The position numbers and the translations under genes were made by a program. The notes beneath the pieces were generated by a model. The model saw only the letters and a program-made list of their open reading frames with translations, searched no databases and was not told where the DNA came from. Shown in pieces: positions 51,601 to 64,000 of a stretch of 64,000 nucleotides of DNA. Every line of letters begins with the position of its first letter. Position 1 is the first letter of the stretch. Source of the stretch: Proteromonas lacertae (lineage: Eukaryota); assembly GCA_002245135.1 (NCBI GenBank), contig NGBS01001160.1, positions 372,001 to 436,000 of the forward strand, in the 5' to 3' direction.

Positions 51601-52913
51601 TCCTCCTCCTTTTTAGCTTTTTCTTCTTCCCTCTTCTTCTTTTCTTCTTCCTTTTTGGCTTTCTCTTCTTCATCTGATCCTTTTGGCTGTTCAACTTCTA
51701 TTTGTAAATTATCTTTCTCTTTCTTCTCATCTTTCTTTTCTTCTTCCTTCTTTTTCTTTTCTTTTTTTGCTTTTTCTTCTTCTTTTTTTGCTTTCTCTTC
51801 TTCTCTCTTCTTCTTCTCCTCTTCTTTTTTGGCCTTTTCCTCTTCCTTTCTTTTCTTCTCTTCTTCTCTCTTAGCTTTTTCCTCTTCTTTTTTCTTTCTC
51901 TCCTCTTCTTTTTTGGCCTTTTCCTCTTCCTTTTTAGCTTTTTCTTCTTCTTTTTTCTTCTTCTCTTCTTCTCTCTTTGCTTTCTCCTCTTCTTTCTTCT
52001 TCTTTTCTTCCTCCTTTCTTATTCTCTCTTCTTCTTTTCTTTTCTTTTCCTCGTCACTCTTTGCCTTTGCTTCAGCAGCAAGAGCAGCTGCTGCAATAGC
52101 TGCCTCTTCTTCTTTTCGTTTCTTTTCTTCTGCCTCTTTTTTAGCTTTCTCTTCAGCTTCTTTCTTGGCTTTTTCCTCTTCTTTCTTCTTTTTTTCTTCC
52201 TCTTTACGTTTCTTTTCCTCAGCTTCTTTCTTCTTCTTTTCTTCTTCTTTTCTCTTCTTTTCTTCTGCTTCTTTTTTAGCTTTCTCTTCAGCTTCTTTCT
52301 TCTTCTTTTCTTCTTCCTTTCTTTTCTTTTCAGCTTCTTCTTCTCGTTTTTTCTTTTCCTTTTCTGCTAATTTTTGTGCATTATTAACTTCATCATTAGA
52401 TGAACATGTAAACATTAATGGATCTTCATTATCACATACAGGACACATTGGAGGAACTGACATTGAAGGAATCTCTGTTCCACATCCCTTACATTTATAC
52501 ATTTTCATCTCATCTAAACCACCCCCTACAGATTGAGGTGGTTCTGGATTATTTGGTTCTACTAAATCCCTAAATTCTTCTGGAAAGTCTTTATCTGTGG
52601 GTAGTACTTCTCTAACATTACTATCATCACATATAGGACAAAATACTTCTTGTCCTGGTTGTTGTATTAACGGTGTACTACATATATTACACCTAAAAAA
52701 GTGCATTTTGCCTAAAAATAGAAAATCATAACAATACCATCATCTGCTGGCTTATCATTATCTATTGCTATTAAATCTTCACAATCGCAAAGCGGGCAGC
52801 ACAAATCATCTGGATTGTGATCAGCGCTAAATGGTAATATTGTACTACATTGAGAACATTTATAATTTATAACTACAAATAAAAATACATTGCAATATAC
52901 CTCTAGAACTCAT
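48681..52913 (-). CDS. Protein with six CxxC..CPxCD Zn-ribbons, E/K/R charged helices, NPF motifs and a C-terminal PH-like domain
   Basis: Two 5' exons found by splicing. Long EEEKKK repeats; terminal GMRVLKH..VSW..INVIR..RVLD pattern. Confidence 0.8.
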
Positions 52914-53175
52914 ACTATCATGAAAATCAAAGATACAGTTTTATATCAAGTTTTTTTCAAGCTCGAAATTTTTAATTTTTCATTTTTTTGTGAAATTTAC
53001 ACTTCTATCTCTCTATTATGACCTATATCAATTTTACTATTAGTGACAGTAAAAAATACATAAAAATGAAAAGAAAATTACTATTAATTGTCAAATCATA
53101 AAACAAAGTTATTCACTATAAATATCTTAAATCTCATCAACAGATTGTGGGTAACAAAACAACAGAGCTACATTC

Positions 53176-54333
53176 TTATAACAATTTTGGGAATAAAGTA
53201 TTTTTATGGATTCTATTCCTAAGAATGAAAGTACACTCGTTTTCTTTAAACTATAAAAAGAATATAATTTATAGTATACACTAAAATTTCTGACAATAAT
53301 TTTGAATAGTCAGAATACATATACAACGTGACAGGTTCACTATAAGGAATCCGTGTATTATAAGACTTATATGCTGCAACAATAATAGCACACAATAGTC
53401 TAGGTGTTGGAACATGGAAATAACATTTCTCACATATTATCAACTCACTAAAATACAGCATTAAATAGTATAAACTTGAATCTTTATAATGATACAAGTT
53501 CCTATCTGAATATATCTCTATTAATGATTGTAATGTTGGCTTTTTGACATAGTCACTCATATAGGTAGATAGCATAGTATAGAATTTTTCTATATCACTA
53601 ATACTATACTCATATCTATGAATATACACAATGTATTGGCTTACACTATGTATATTATTCTGATTTACTATATCTAATGGTAGCGCTGTCAATATATCTT
53701 TGTATTTATCATCAACAACTTCAAGATAAAGACAAATTGAACAAGTTGCTACTAAGTGAATGTTAGTTCTAATATGTTGATTATTACGACTAAGTAAAAA
53801 ATCAAATAATTGAACTGTTTCATAATAATAATTTCGTGGTAATTCTGTACTATTATAAAATGTGGAAATGTAATCTAATTCACTTGCTCTTGGGTATATA
53901 AAACTATAGTCATCAGCTGGTAAAAAAGAGAAGTAATAGAATGAATAGTTTGATCTATAATGTGTCTTTTACTTACACAATAGAATAAATACTTCCAGAT
54001 GGGTGTAAATTCAATGATTGAGAGGTTTATAAGGATATCGATAATCTGTTTTTCAGATACGTGATAATATCCTATAATATCATTTCTCCAAATCATAGAA
54101 CACAATTCTTCCCAAAACTTCTCTGAATTAACCGATATAAATACTCGTCGATCTATTAAGGGTAATAATACCCCAATATCATATGTTGGCAAAAATGAGG
54201 CAATTGTAAGGATGATATTTGGAGGTAAATCAGCAAAAGATGGAGGTGAATCGATCTGACATGCTCTTTTAAACGATTCTATAATCTGTGTCTCTTCTCT
54301 CTTTCTTTTTGATGGTCTTCCTATAGAACTCAT
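53176..54333 (-). CDS. F-box plus cyclin-box protein (cyclin-F-like architecture)
   Basis: F-box LPPNIILTIASFL..W. Downstream frame RASELDYI..ETVQLFDFLL..HLVATCSICL..E resembles a cyclin box. Frame break at ~53900-54040. Confidence 0.55.
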
Positions 54334-54523
54334 TCAGTTTTGAGAAAAGGGAGGTAATTTGTATTTTATTGCTCAAACCAGTTTGTATATATTTGTGTCT
54401 TTCTTTAGTAAGATATTATTCAAACGCTATTCTCTAGTTTATTGGTATGAAATCTTTCTATAAAACACTACAAAATCAATATTTACATAAACAAGATAGA
54501 ACAAACAATTAAAAATTAACTCT

Positions 54524-56300
54524 CTATTTTTCACCTGAACTACCCTGTAGCTTCATCAAACTATTTGCATAATGTGTTTTCTATTAAATAATAAATAATA
54601 TATATCAATATGTATACCAATTCATTTAATTTGTTTTCATCAACCTCATATCTCTTCAACGAGTTAGAATCTGCATTTATCTTCATTCTTAATTTCTTAA
54701 ATCCCTTGAATTGTCCTCTTTCAATCAAAGTATAAACAGATCCTTCTCTTCCAGCTCTTGCAGTTCTTCCTGATCTATGTACATATGTTTTAAACAATGT
54801 AGGAGGTGTATAATTAATAACAGCATCAATAGAAGGAATATCTATACCTCTTGCCATAGAATCAGTACAAATTAAACACCTTATCTCTTTATTGTTATAT
54901 TTTTCTAATAATCTCATTCTTTCATAAGGTTTAATGGATGTTGAGTATAATATAATCTCATTATCATTATCCTCATCATCATTATCACTATAATACGTCT
55001 TTAAAAATGTATATAATCTTTCAGATGTATCAATACTTGAACAAAAAATGATAGTTTGTAGTTTCTTTGAGAATAAATCATTTAAAAGATAGCATAAATA
55101 TAATAATCTATCTGATTCATTACATTTGATACTATATTCAGATAATGATGTTGGTAATGTCACAATTTCCATATTATTTTCATCATCATTGTCATTATCT
55201 TCATTATTCAACTTCATCTTCTTATTTTGTTTTTCTTCACCTTCATTCTCATCTCCTTCTTCATTCATTTGTTTCTTCGATTTCTTTGTATTATAGGTTA
55301 CAACTAATGGATTAATTAATAATAATTTAGAAAGTTGTGATGGATCAGCTGATAATGTTGCAGATAATAAAATACGACGTAATGGAGCTAATAATAAAAA
55401 CATTAATATATATATATATATATATATATTATACACATAACCATATATGGAATTGAAGATAAATTCATATTAATCGAAGAAGGTTTTACTCTCCAAGTTG
55501 TTGAATTAATCATATAATTACCATCACTATTATTCACTTCAATACTACCTTGTTGACTAGAGTGATATATATTATTATATATCACTTCAATCCATTGATT
55601 ATAAGATTGAGATAATAACTTATCAGCTTCATCGATTATTATATATTTAGTATGTTGTAATGTAAAACCAACTGTTGATTGAATGTGATCTCTTAATCTA
55701 CCAGGTGTACATATCAATATATCTATTTTACTATTATATTGATTTGGGTTTAAATAGTCTTTTTCTATTAAAATTGATTGTTCTTCTTTCATTGATTTTT
55801 GACCTGTTATTAAACCAATTTTTAGATTCGTGTTTTTAATATATTCTTGTAAAATTGTATGTGTTTGTATTGCTAAATCTCTTGTAGGTAGTATCACTAA
55901 AGCTCTTAATCTACACACGATTCTTGTCATTAAATTTTGTATAACTGGAATAATATAAACCAGAGATTTACCACTTCCTGTAGGTGCTGTAATACAAATA
56001 TCTCTATAATCATTGCATAAATCAGCATCAATAATTGCAGGAATGCCTTTCAGCTGAATTGGGAAGAAATGAGTGATTGAGTGTTCACGAAGATTATTTA
56101 ATAAAACATCTGATATTTTCCACTTCATGCAACATTCTTCTATTGTTTTACCTTCTTCATTTTCATCCTATACTGCTAGAATAACATAAATATACTAATG
56201 TTTGTTTATTTGAAGTGAAATCTTTTGAAATCTATAATAACGAAAGTAATTATATAATTTTTACTTTTCTTTTCTTAGCAACTTGTTTCTGTGAAGACAT
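54524..56300 (-). CDS. DDX51: DEAD-box RNA helicase DDX51/Dbp6
   Basis: FFPIQ, DICITAPTGSGKSL, LRALVILPTRDL, TPGRL, DEAD, SAT, ARGID, YVHRSGRTARAG. Confidence 0.92.
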
Positions 56301-56408
56301 ATTCGAGAAATAATGTAATTATAAAAATTATACTCGTTTCATTCACAAACTTGTTTGATCCACTTCGCAATTTTGTTTTTTATTTTGTAAGAAGATCGTG
56401 TAAATTTT

Positions 56409-57731
56409 ATGGAAGATTTTTTGATCAAATGCTTAGATGGAATAAGGAAAGTTACAGGATGGAATAGGGATAAGGAAGTAAAGAAATCTATAGATGATAC
56501 TGAAGTAGTGCTTAGATGGAAGATAGATGAATTAAAGAAAACTGGTCGAACATCAGATAATCAAGCTGAAAAATATTTAGAACCTATATTTATAGCTTTA
56601 ATTTCAACAAATCTGGATTGCAGAGAGCAAGCGTTAATAACATTATCTCAATTAATCGAACGTGGGTATTTAAAGGGAAAAGCAGAGTTATCAGTAGATC
56701 AGCCAAACGTAACAGTAATGGATGATATAATATTCCGTATTTGTGGATGTTTAGAAAATCAGACAATAAACGATTCAATAGAGGTAAGAGTAATAAGAAC
56801 TCTACTAACAGCAGTAACATCCGAAGAATGTGAAATACATGAAAATACACTATTAAACATTCTTTATTCTCTATTCGAAATATATTTTAACGCTCCAAAA
56901 CCAGAAAATAAGATGTTAGCCTATGCAGCACTCAGTCAAATCGTGGGATATATATTCGATCATATGAATGAAGTTGATAAACAATACTTAAGTCAAATCG
57001 AACCAGAATCATTAGACTTCGAGCCAAACATATTTTCAACCTCAACTGCTGCAGAGTTAGTATCAACTTTAAAATCTGATTTTATTCCTGATGTTGATTT
57101 ACCATCTATTTATAAACCTGTTCTCACTTTTCTAGGGTATAAATTTTCATTAGATGTATTACGCAGAAGTCAAACAACCACTGGCTTAGAGAAAGATGCT
57201 ACCACAAATACAAATGCAACAAATACAACAGGAGAAATAGAAGAAGGAGAAGAAGAGAAAAGAATAAAAGAAGAAGAAATGCGAGAAATTGAATTATTAA
57301 ATAAACTACCAACTGTTTATCATCGTGATACATATATGTTTATTAGAAGTTTAGGAATGTTATCATTAACACCATTAAACCATGATAATGCTATTGAATA
57401 TAGAAATATATCATTATCACTATTAACAAATGGAATACCAAAAGGAAAAGAGGGAATTAGAAGAATTGATGTATTTATTGAGTGTATAAGACAACATTTA
57501 TTGAAATCATTGTTATTTAACTTTATGTCACCAAATACAGAAGTATATTTATATATGTTATATTATTTATTATATGTAGATGGTTTGTAGATCATTAGAT
57601 CTATTTATTGTATTAACAGAAAACTTTAGAGATAATTTATTACCAGAAATTGAAGTGTTTATTTCTTCAGTATTTTTACCAATATTAAACAGTGATAATA
57701 GTCCTTATGATCATAAAATTAAAGTATTAAT

Positions 57732-57767
<36 letters not shown>

Positions 57768-60700
57768 TTAGAAATGTTTGATAAAATATTATTGGATGAA
57801 AAATGTGTAACTGAAATATTTCTAAATAACGATTGTATAAATGAAAAAGATGATTTGTTTTTACAAATGGTAAAATGTCTATGTAATCTCTCCCAGATTG
57901 ATATTAATAGTAATATCAGTGTTTGTACACCAGAAGAGAATTATAATATTCAATATTCATCCTTAAAGGCATTATGCGATTTATTGAGTTGGTTAAGTTT
58001 ATCTGATAATAATGTATCTACTACAACTATTATTAATAATTCAACTACAACATCTACTGCTGCTAATAATAATAATAATGATAATAGCAATAATAACAAT
58101 AGTAAACCAATAGTTGGACCACCATCTGAAGTATATATTATATATATAATTTTAATTATTAGGAAACAAAAGAAGTCTTAGAACAAATCTCAACGAAACA
58201 AAAGATACAAAACGAACTAGAACATGGATTTGAGATTTTCAACAATAAACCCAAAGAAGGTTTGATATATTTTATTCAACATAAACTACTAGAAGATTCT
58301 CCACTCTCCATCGCTTTATTCCTACAAAAACACTCAGAATCATTGAACAAAACAGAAATCGGTGATTATTTATCATGTCCAGGTGAATATAATGTGAAAA
58401 TACTCCATGCCTATGTTGATAGTCAAGATTACAGTAATATGGAATTTAGTGAAGCAATTAGATTCTTTTTATCAAAGTTCAGATTGCCAGGTGAAGCTCA
58501 AAAGATTGATCGATTAATGGAGAAGTTTGCAGATAGATATACGAAGTGTAATAGTGGAATATTTAGTAGTGCAGATGCAGCGTATGTATTAGGATTTAGT
58601 GTCATTATGTTGAATACTGATTTACATAATCCTAATATCTTACCTGAAAGAAAAATGACATTGCAAGTATATTATATATTTTCTTTTTAATTTTTATTAT
58701 GATTTTGTAGGGATTTATAAAGAATTGTAGTGGTACAAATGATGGTAAAGATTTCCCAGATGAATATTTAACTACCATTTATAACAACATTAAGCAAAAT
58801 CCAATAACATTAAAAGAAGATGATGAAATTAGATTACAATATGAAAGCAATGATAATATTCAAAGAATAAGACAAGAAGCATTCTTATTAGAGAAATCTA
58901 CAATTATTAAACACACAGAAGCAGTATTAACAGAAAAAACGCCTCAACAACAGCAAAGAAAAAGAATTACATTTTATACTGTTGTTAATACTAGAGCACA
59001 TATTAAACCAATGTTTATAGAAACTTGTAATATTTTTACCAAATCATTTAGTAAGGTGTTGATGGAAACTAGAGATGATAATATTGTAGATTTGATATTG
59101 TTAGGATTAAATTATATTACTAAACTAGCTATATTGTATAATATATTATATTATCAATATTATTTATATTAGATGTGATGCTCATGAATGTTTTGAAAAT
59201 ATTATTCAATTATATGGTAAATATTGTAATATTTCGTATGATTTATTGAATGAAGATTTATATATTTATAAATACTCATCCACTATTCGTCAGTTTATTG
59301 AAGTAGCTCAAATATATGGTAATTATTTGAGTATATATATTATCCTTATTTATAATATTATTATTTATATAGAAGAATCATGGTTTTATCTATTACAATG
59401 TATATCACAGTTAGTTCATTTATCACTATTTATCTCACAACAGAAAGATGGTAATTATTACATCTCTCAATTACCAAATTCAATACCAGTAACAGATTTA
59501 CATAGAAACTTAATCCAACAAATACTCAATGAATTTGATGTTCAATCATTCGATTTGATATATTTAAACAGTTTCAAATTAAGTACTGATTCAATTGTGG
59601 ATTTTGTAAATGCATTGACAAGAGTCTCTCTTCGTGAATTAAGTGATATTAATAGCAATTCAAATGATTCAGATCCTTTAGAATTGAGAAGGTACAGTAT
59701 GCAGAAAGTGTTAGAAGTAGCTGATGTAAATATGAATTGTAGAAGTAAGCTAGAATGGACTAAGATCTGGACTACAATGAGTGTTTATTTCGATACAATT
59801 GCCTGTATTCAAAATGAAACAATCGCTTTATTTTCAATTGATTCGTTAAAACAATTATCATTTAAATTCTTAGAAAAAGAAGAATTAGAAAATTTTCATT
59901 TTCAAAAACTGTTTTTAAAACCTTTTGAGATTATTATAGTTAAATCTCATGAAAATTCCATTAAAACATTAGTGTTACAAGTTGTAGAGAATATTATATA
60001 CTCTTGTCCAGATACATTAGCCTCTGGTTGGTCAACTTTATTAAATGTCTTAAACTTAGGTACTTATGATAGTGATAATAAAATAATACAATATGATTAT
60101 AGTATATTCTCAAAAGTAATAAAAGATTATCATTTCAAAACAATAATATTGAATTTTCCATGTTATACAAATTGTCTATATGGTTTTGCTCTATGTCCAA
60201 TTGTTGAATATAGACATTTCGCAATGAAACAGTTTTTACAGTCAAAAGAATTAATTATTAGTGGAAAATTAATCACGAAGAATGATTCTACATTAGAATG
60301 TTATAATGAAGATCATATCTCAATGTTGAGACCATATTTCACATCATTAACTAGTTTAATTGATTGTACAATATCTGAAATACAACAGAAAGCAATGTCT
60401 TTATTTTTTGATATTTTGAAAGATACAAATCTTCATTTTTCATTATCATTGTGGAAGTTGTTTTATAAAACCATTATTTATCCGTTATTTGATGATATAA
60501 CACATTTTAATGATAAAAACAATAAGAAAATAACAGATTCTAATTCAATAGCATTATTTATAAAACTACTACAAAATACAATTGATTTGTTTATAATAAA
60601 AGCAACAGAACTATTGGATTTATTAAGTGATATAATAGAATTGATGGATTTAGTATTGAAACAACCAAATCAAGCTTTAGCTCGAGCTGGAATTGATGGT

Positions 60701-60919
60701 GCTTATTTGTTTTTAATGAAAATTGGTTCACAATTAACCACATCTCAATGGACTTATGTTATTACTAAATTCATATCATTAGCAAGCTATTTAACACCCT
60801 CTGAATTATTAAATGATAACTCAATTGTTCATAATAATAATAACAATAATAATCCAATAGCTGTAGTAGAGAAAGTAATTGGTGATAATATCAAGAGATT
60901 AAGTAAAGATACTGTTTTA

Positions 60920-60957
<38 letters not shown>

Positions 60958-61763
60958 GATTACTCATTTACATGGAAGAATAGCAGGTTTTGAAAAAGAG
61001 AATACATTGATATTGAGTTTAGATTATGGTGTAGCCTATATACCAATCACCTCCTCCACAATTGCATTTGTTTATAATTATCAATGTATGAAACCTAATA
61101 TCTCATTCTCACCACATACAATATTAACTAAAAGTATAATAATTATTGAATTTTATAAAATGATTCATGAATTAATTAAATCACATATTGACACATTGAC
61201 ATATGAACATATTAATTCAATGTTAGAGTGTGTAGCAAATAGTACAAAAATATTATCAACATTTAATAACAGTTTAACACATCGTAAACAGTTGGGTTGT
61301 ACAGAATTGGCAAAAGTAATGAGAACAACAGCTCCACACTTTTACCATGAAGAATCTGTTGGTGAAAATACGTTATTATCTACTTATATTGAATTATTAT
61401 CATTGAAAAATAGAAAAAATGAGTTTAAAATGTATGAAGAAAATTACAAAGAACTTATGTTGAAGGTATTAGAAGGTTATTATCAGAAACATTGTATAAT
61501 GGCTCAAAGTAAGATTGATGAAGATATTACAAGTGAAATAGCGAATTATACACCAGTTATAGCTATACAATTGAGTCAATTACTTCAAATTAGTGATGAA
61601 CAAGTATATTTTTATTGTTCTTATGTTTTAATAGTTTAATAAATACATTATATGGCTTTATGTTCCGATTATCAATTTGCTAGAATCTTCCTCTATTGAA
61701 ATAAGAATGATTATTTGTGAAATATTTAGAAAACGTTTGCCATTACTTGTACTACGTCAATAG
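56409..61763 (+). CDS. SEC7: BIG/Sec7-family ARF guanine-nucleotide exchange factor
   Basis: DCB/HUS-like N-terminus; FRLPGEAQKIDRLMEKFA; IMLNTDLHNP; HDS motifs DSLKQLSFKFLEKEEL..FQKLFLKPF. Confidence 0.93.
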
Positions 61764-61861
61764 TAATATTATTAAAATATCGTACTTGAATAATTATTTG
61801 TTGTTTGTGTATTGGAATTTATACAAGCTTGATTTCTGTTTGATTTTTTAATTCATTTTTT

Positions 61862-63107
61862 ATGGAGATAGAAAATCAATTAACTGACAAATTAGATCTC
61901 TTCATACAAGAAATGGAAGATTATTTATTTTGTCTTAATTTAAGACTTGAAATGGTATGTATGAAGCACTTTTATTACTAGAAATATTTGGAGCTAAATT
62001 CGTATAAAAAATGTTTTCAGCTAATGAGAAAGAAAGAAATTCCAAAAGCTGAACAGTCAGAAGATGAAAAACCAACAAATGTAATATCTGCAAGTTATCT
62101 GAAAGTATAATATTATTCAATTTAGCATAGAAATTGTTTGGAACTAAAGGGGTGCCAGAGAAGATCAATCAAACTATTAATCAGAATAAAAAAATAAAAT
62201 CAACCACTACAAATCGAAATATTAAGAATAACATTCCTCCACCTCCATCTTCTCCTACTAAATCTCCTCAACCGATTGTAAATACTGCAGAACAACCAAC
62301 TGCAACTCCAATAAAGAAAGAATCACATACACTACCAAAGCAGCTAAGAGAAAGCATATTAGAGTATTATAAAATTGAAATAATTATGTAGATACTCTAA
62401 TTTATTACAAAAATGCAATAATTTGGATAATAAAGAAGGAAATGAATCAAGATTATTATTTCAAAAAGTATGTCAATATAGTATACATTTTTGAATAATA
62501 ATCTATTCCATAGAAGATTCTGCTTTTCCTGAATCAGATTTTAACAGTATCTATACATTATTAATATATATATATTATAGAAATAAATGAACTATGTAAC
62601 ATGGCAAATGATTTACTCACAGTTAAACAATACACACCAGAAATATCATTCATAAATTCATACAAACTATCACTCATCAAAATGTCATTAATCAATCTTC
62701 TAAATCAATCATATCCTACCACTCATATACTATCAGAAATACCAACAAAAAGAGAAACTGAGTCTTTTATGATTCCTTATCATTTAATAAATCATCCAAT
62801 TCTTTCAATAATAAATGAAATAAAACAACCTTCCAATCATTTACTCTCCACACTTTCTGATATTTTATATGGTTATGAGATTGAGAAGAATACAGAAAAT
62901 CAACTGAAATTATTGCAGAATAGAATATATCAACTAGTAAAGGATGAATTTGTTTTTCTTTCACAAAGTATAGAAATGATTATTTTGTTTATTGTTATAG
63001 ATTGGCCAAAGAATGAAAGTTTAAGAAAGCTGTATTTCAGAATATCTTGTTTTTTATTTTCAGTTTTAGAGAATAGAATCACATCTGTTATTTTAAGAAA
63101 CAAATAA
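61862..63107 (+). CDS. Hypothetical protein, multi-exon
   Basis: Five to six GT-AG introns give one open frame through ORFs 62134 and 62601. Confidence 0.6.
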
Positions 63108-63162
63108 AAACACAATATACTTATACATATATAGATAGATTAATAGTAAATGATTAAGTAAT

Positions 63163-63920
63163 TTAAAGTATAATACAACATTTGCGATGATGTCTTGTTC
63201 TGTGAGATTCATTTTCTCTATAATATATGTAATAAAATATTTATACTTTTTACCATATAGAGCTTCCTTTATAGCAGCTTCAAATAATTCATTCAATCCT
63301 TCTTGAGTTAAGGCAGAGCATTCATAATATGAGTTTAGTTTCATTTCTTGGCATACTCTTTCACCTTCCGCTGTTTCTACTACATCATCCAAACCACGTG
63401 CCTTTATCTGTTGTACTTGATCTTCATCGTCTCTAAGATCTTTTTTTGTGCCAACTAGCACTCTAATGGCATTGGGTGAGTAATTTTTGATTTCTGTCAC
63501 CCATTTATTCTGAACATTCTCTAAAGATGTTTTGCTGACTAATGAAAAGGCTACTAAGAATATGTTTACATTGGAATAGCTTAATGATCTTACACTATCA
63601 TAATCTTCTTGTCCTGCTGTATCCCAAAGGTTAAGATTGACAATTTCACCATTATCTAATCTAACTGAGAAAGTATAGTTCTCAAAAACTAAACGAGTAT
63701 ATTGATTAGATGAAATAATACCTGTAGGCACATGATCTCTAGGACATTCGCCTTTCGCAAACGAGATTAACAAGGATGTTTTTCCAATTGCGCCATCACT
63801 ATCAAATGTAAACATATGACATACCCAACTATAACGCATTTCAATGATTTGGTGTTTACATCAGCATTTATACTATCCTAAACAATATGCATACATTTAT
63901 ACTGATTCAACTACTTGCAT
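63163..63920 (-). CDS. Rho/Rac-family small GTPase
   Basis: Spliced KCVIVGDGAIGKT, VPTVFENY, LWDTAGQEDY, GTKKDL, ECSALTQ; C-terminal CAAX CIIL. Four introns. Confidence 0.93.
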
Positions 63921-64000
63921 TCGTTTAAACTTTTATGAAGAAAAAAGTGTGATTTTTGTGTGTTTTAAATGAAACGAATATAATTATTAGAACAGGTTTT

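Noticed and set aside
51090..52360. Tandem repeats resembling a satellite or CRISPR array
   Set aside because: These are in-frame coding repeats with no repeat-spacer structure and no cas genes.
49121..52536. Long F/S/L-rich plus-strand ORFs (e.g. 51193-52536), and 42095-42637 on minus
   Set aside because: Antisense shadows of low-complexity charged coding sequence.
54500..54507. TGTTTGTT downstream of DDX51, the Blastocystis motif linked to stop codons completed by polyadenylation
   Set aside because: The motif is present on the minus strand, but this gene and every other complete model here has a genomic stop codon, so there is no evidence for poly(A)-generated stops.

Overview
Eukaryotic nuclear DNA, not prokaryotic. 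It is very AT-rich and gene-dense (about 28 protein-coding genes), with tiny GT-AG introns (mostly ~24-40 nt, donor GTAT, acceptor TAG) and head-to-head intergenic gaps as short as 48-70 nt. This architecture, together with minor-spliceosome (U12) introns and TG-rich 3' elements, points to a Blastocystis-like stramenopile; that assignment is inference only. Recognisable genes: DIS3, cardiolipin synthase, FNTA, a cytosolic carboxypeptidase, SAM50, IMP4, kinesin-9 (KIF6), MSH2, TOP2, mitochondrial-type IleRS, a Tom40-like porin, DDX51, a BIG/Sec7 ARF-GEF and a Rho/Rac GTPase. Main findings: (1) several U12-type introns, mostly ending in non-canonical AA (AT-AA); (2) a glycosyltransferase locus at 7.6-13.9 kb in which a GT77 gene is bracketed by inverted repeats and three GT61-like paralogues are mosaics of near-identical and hypervariable blocks, i.e. 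a candidate invertible or gene-conversion glycan-variation cassette; (3) about a dozen +1 frameshifts that each read as a codon followed by its synonymous alternative third base, most likely collapsed heterozygous alleles; (4) a recurrent TGAAACGA upstream motif and an E2F/CHR-like element; (5) unusual proteins: p25-alpha plus Sfi1-like repeats, six Zn-ribbons plus charged helices plus PH, F-box plus cyclin, and MSH2 lacking domain I. All family calls come from motifs recognised by eye; no searches were run.
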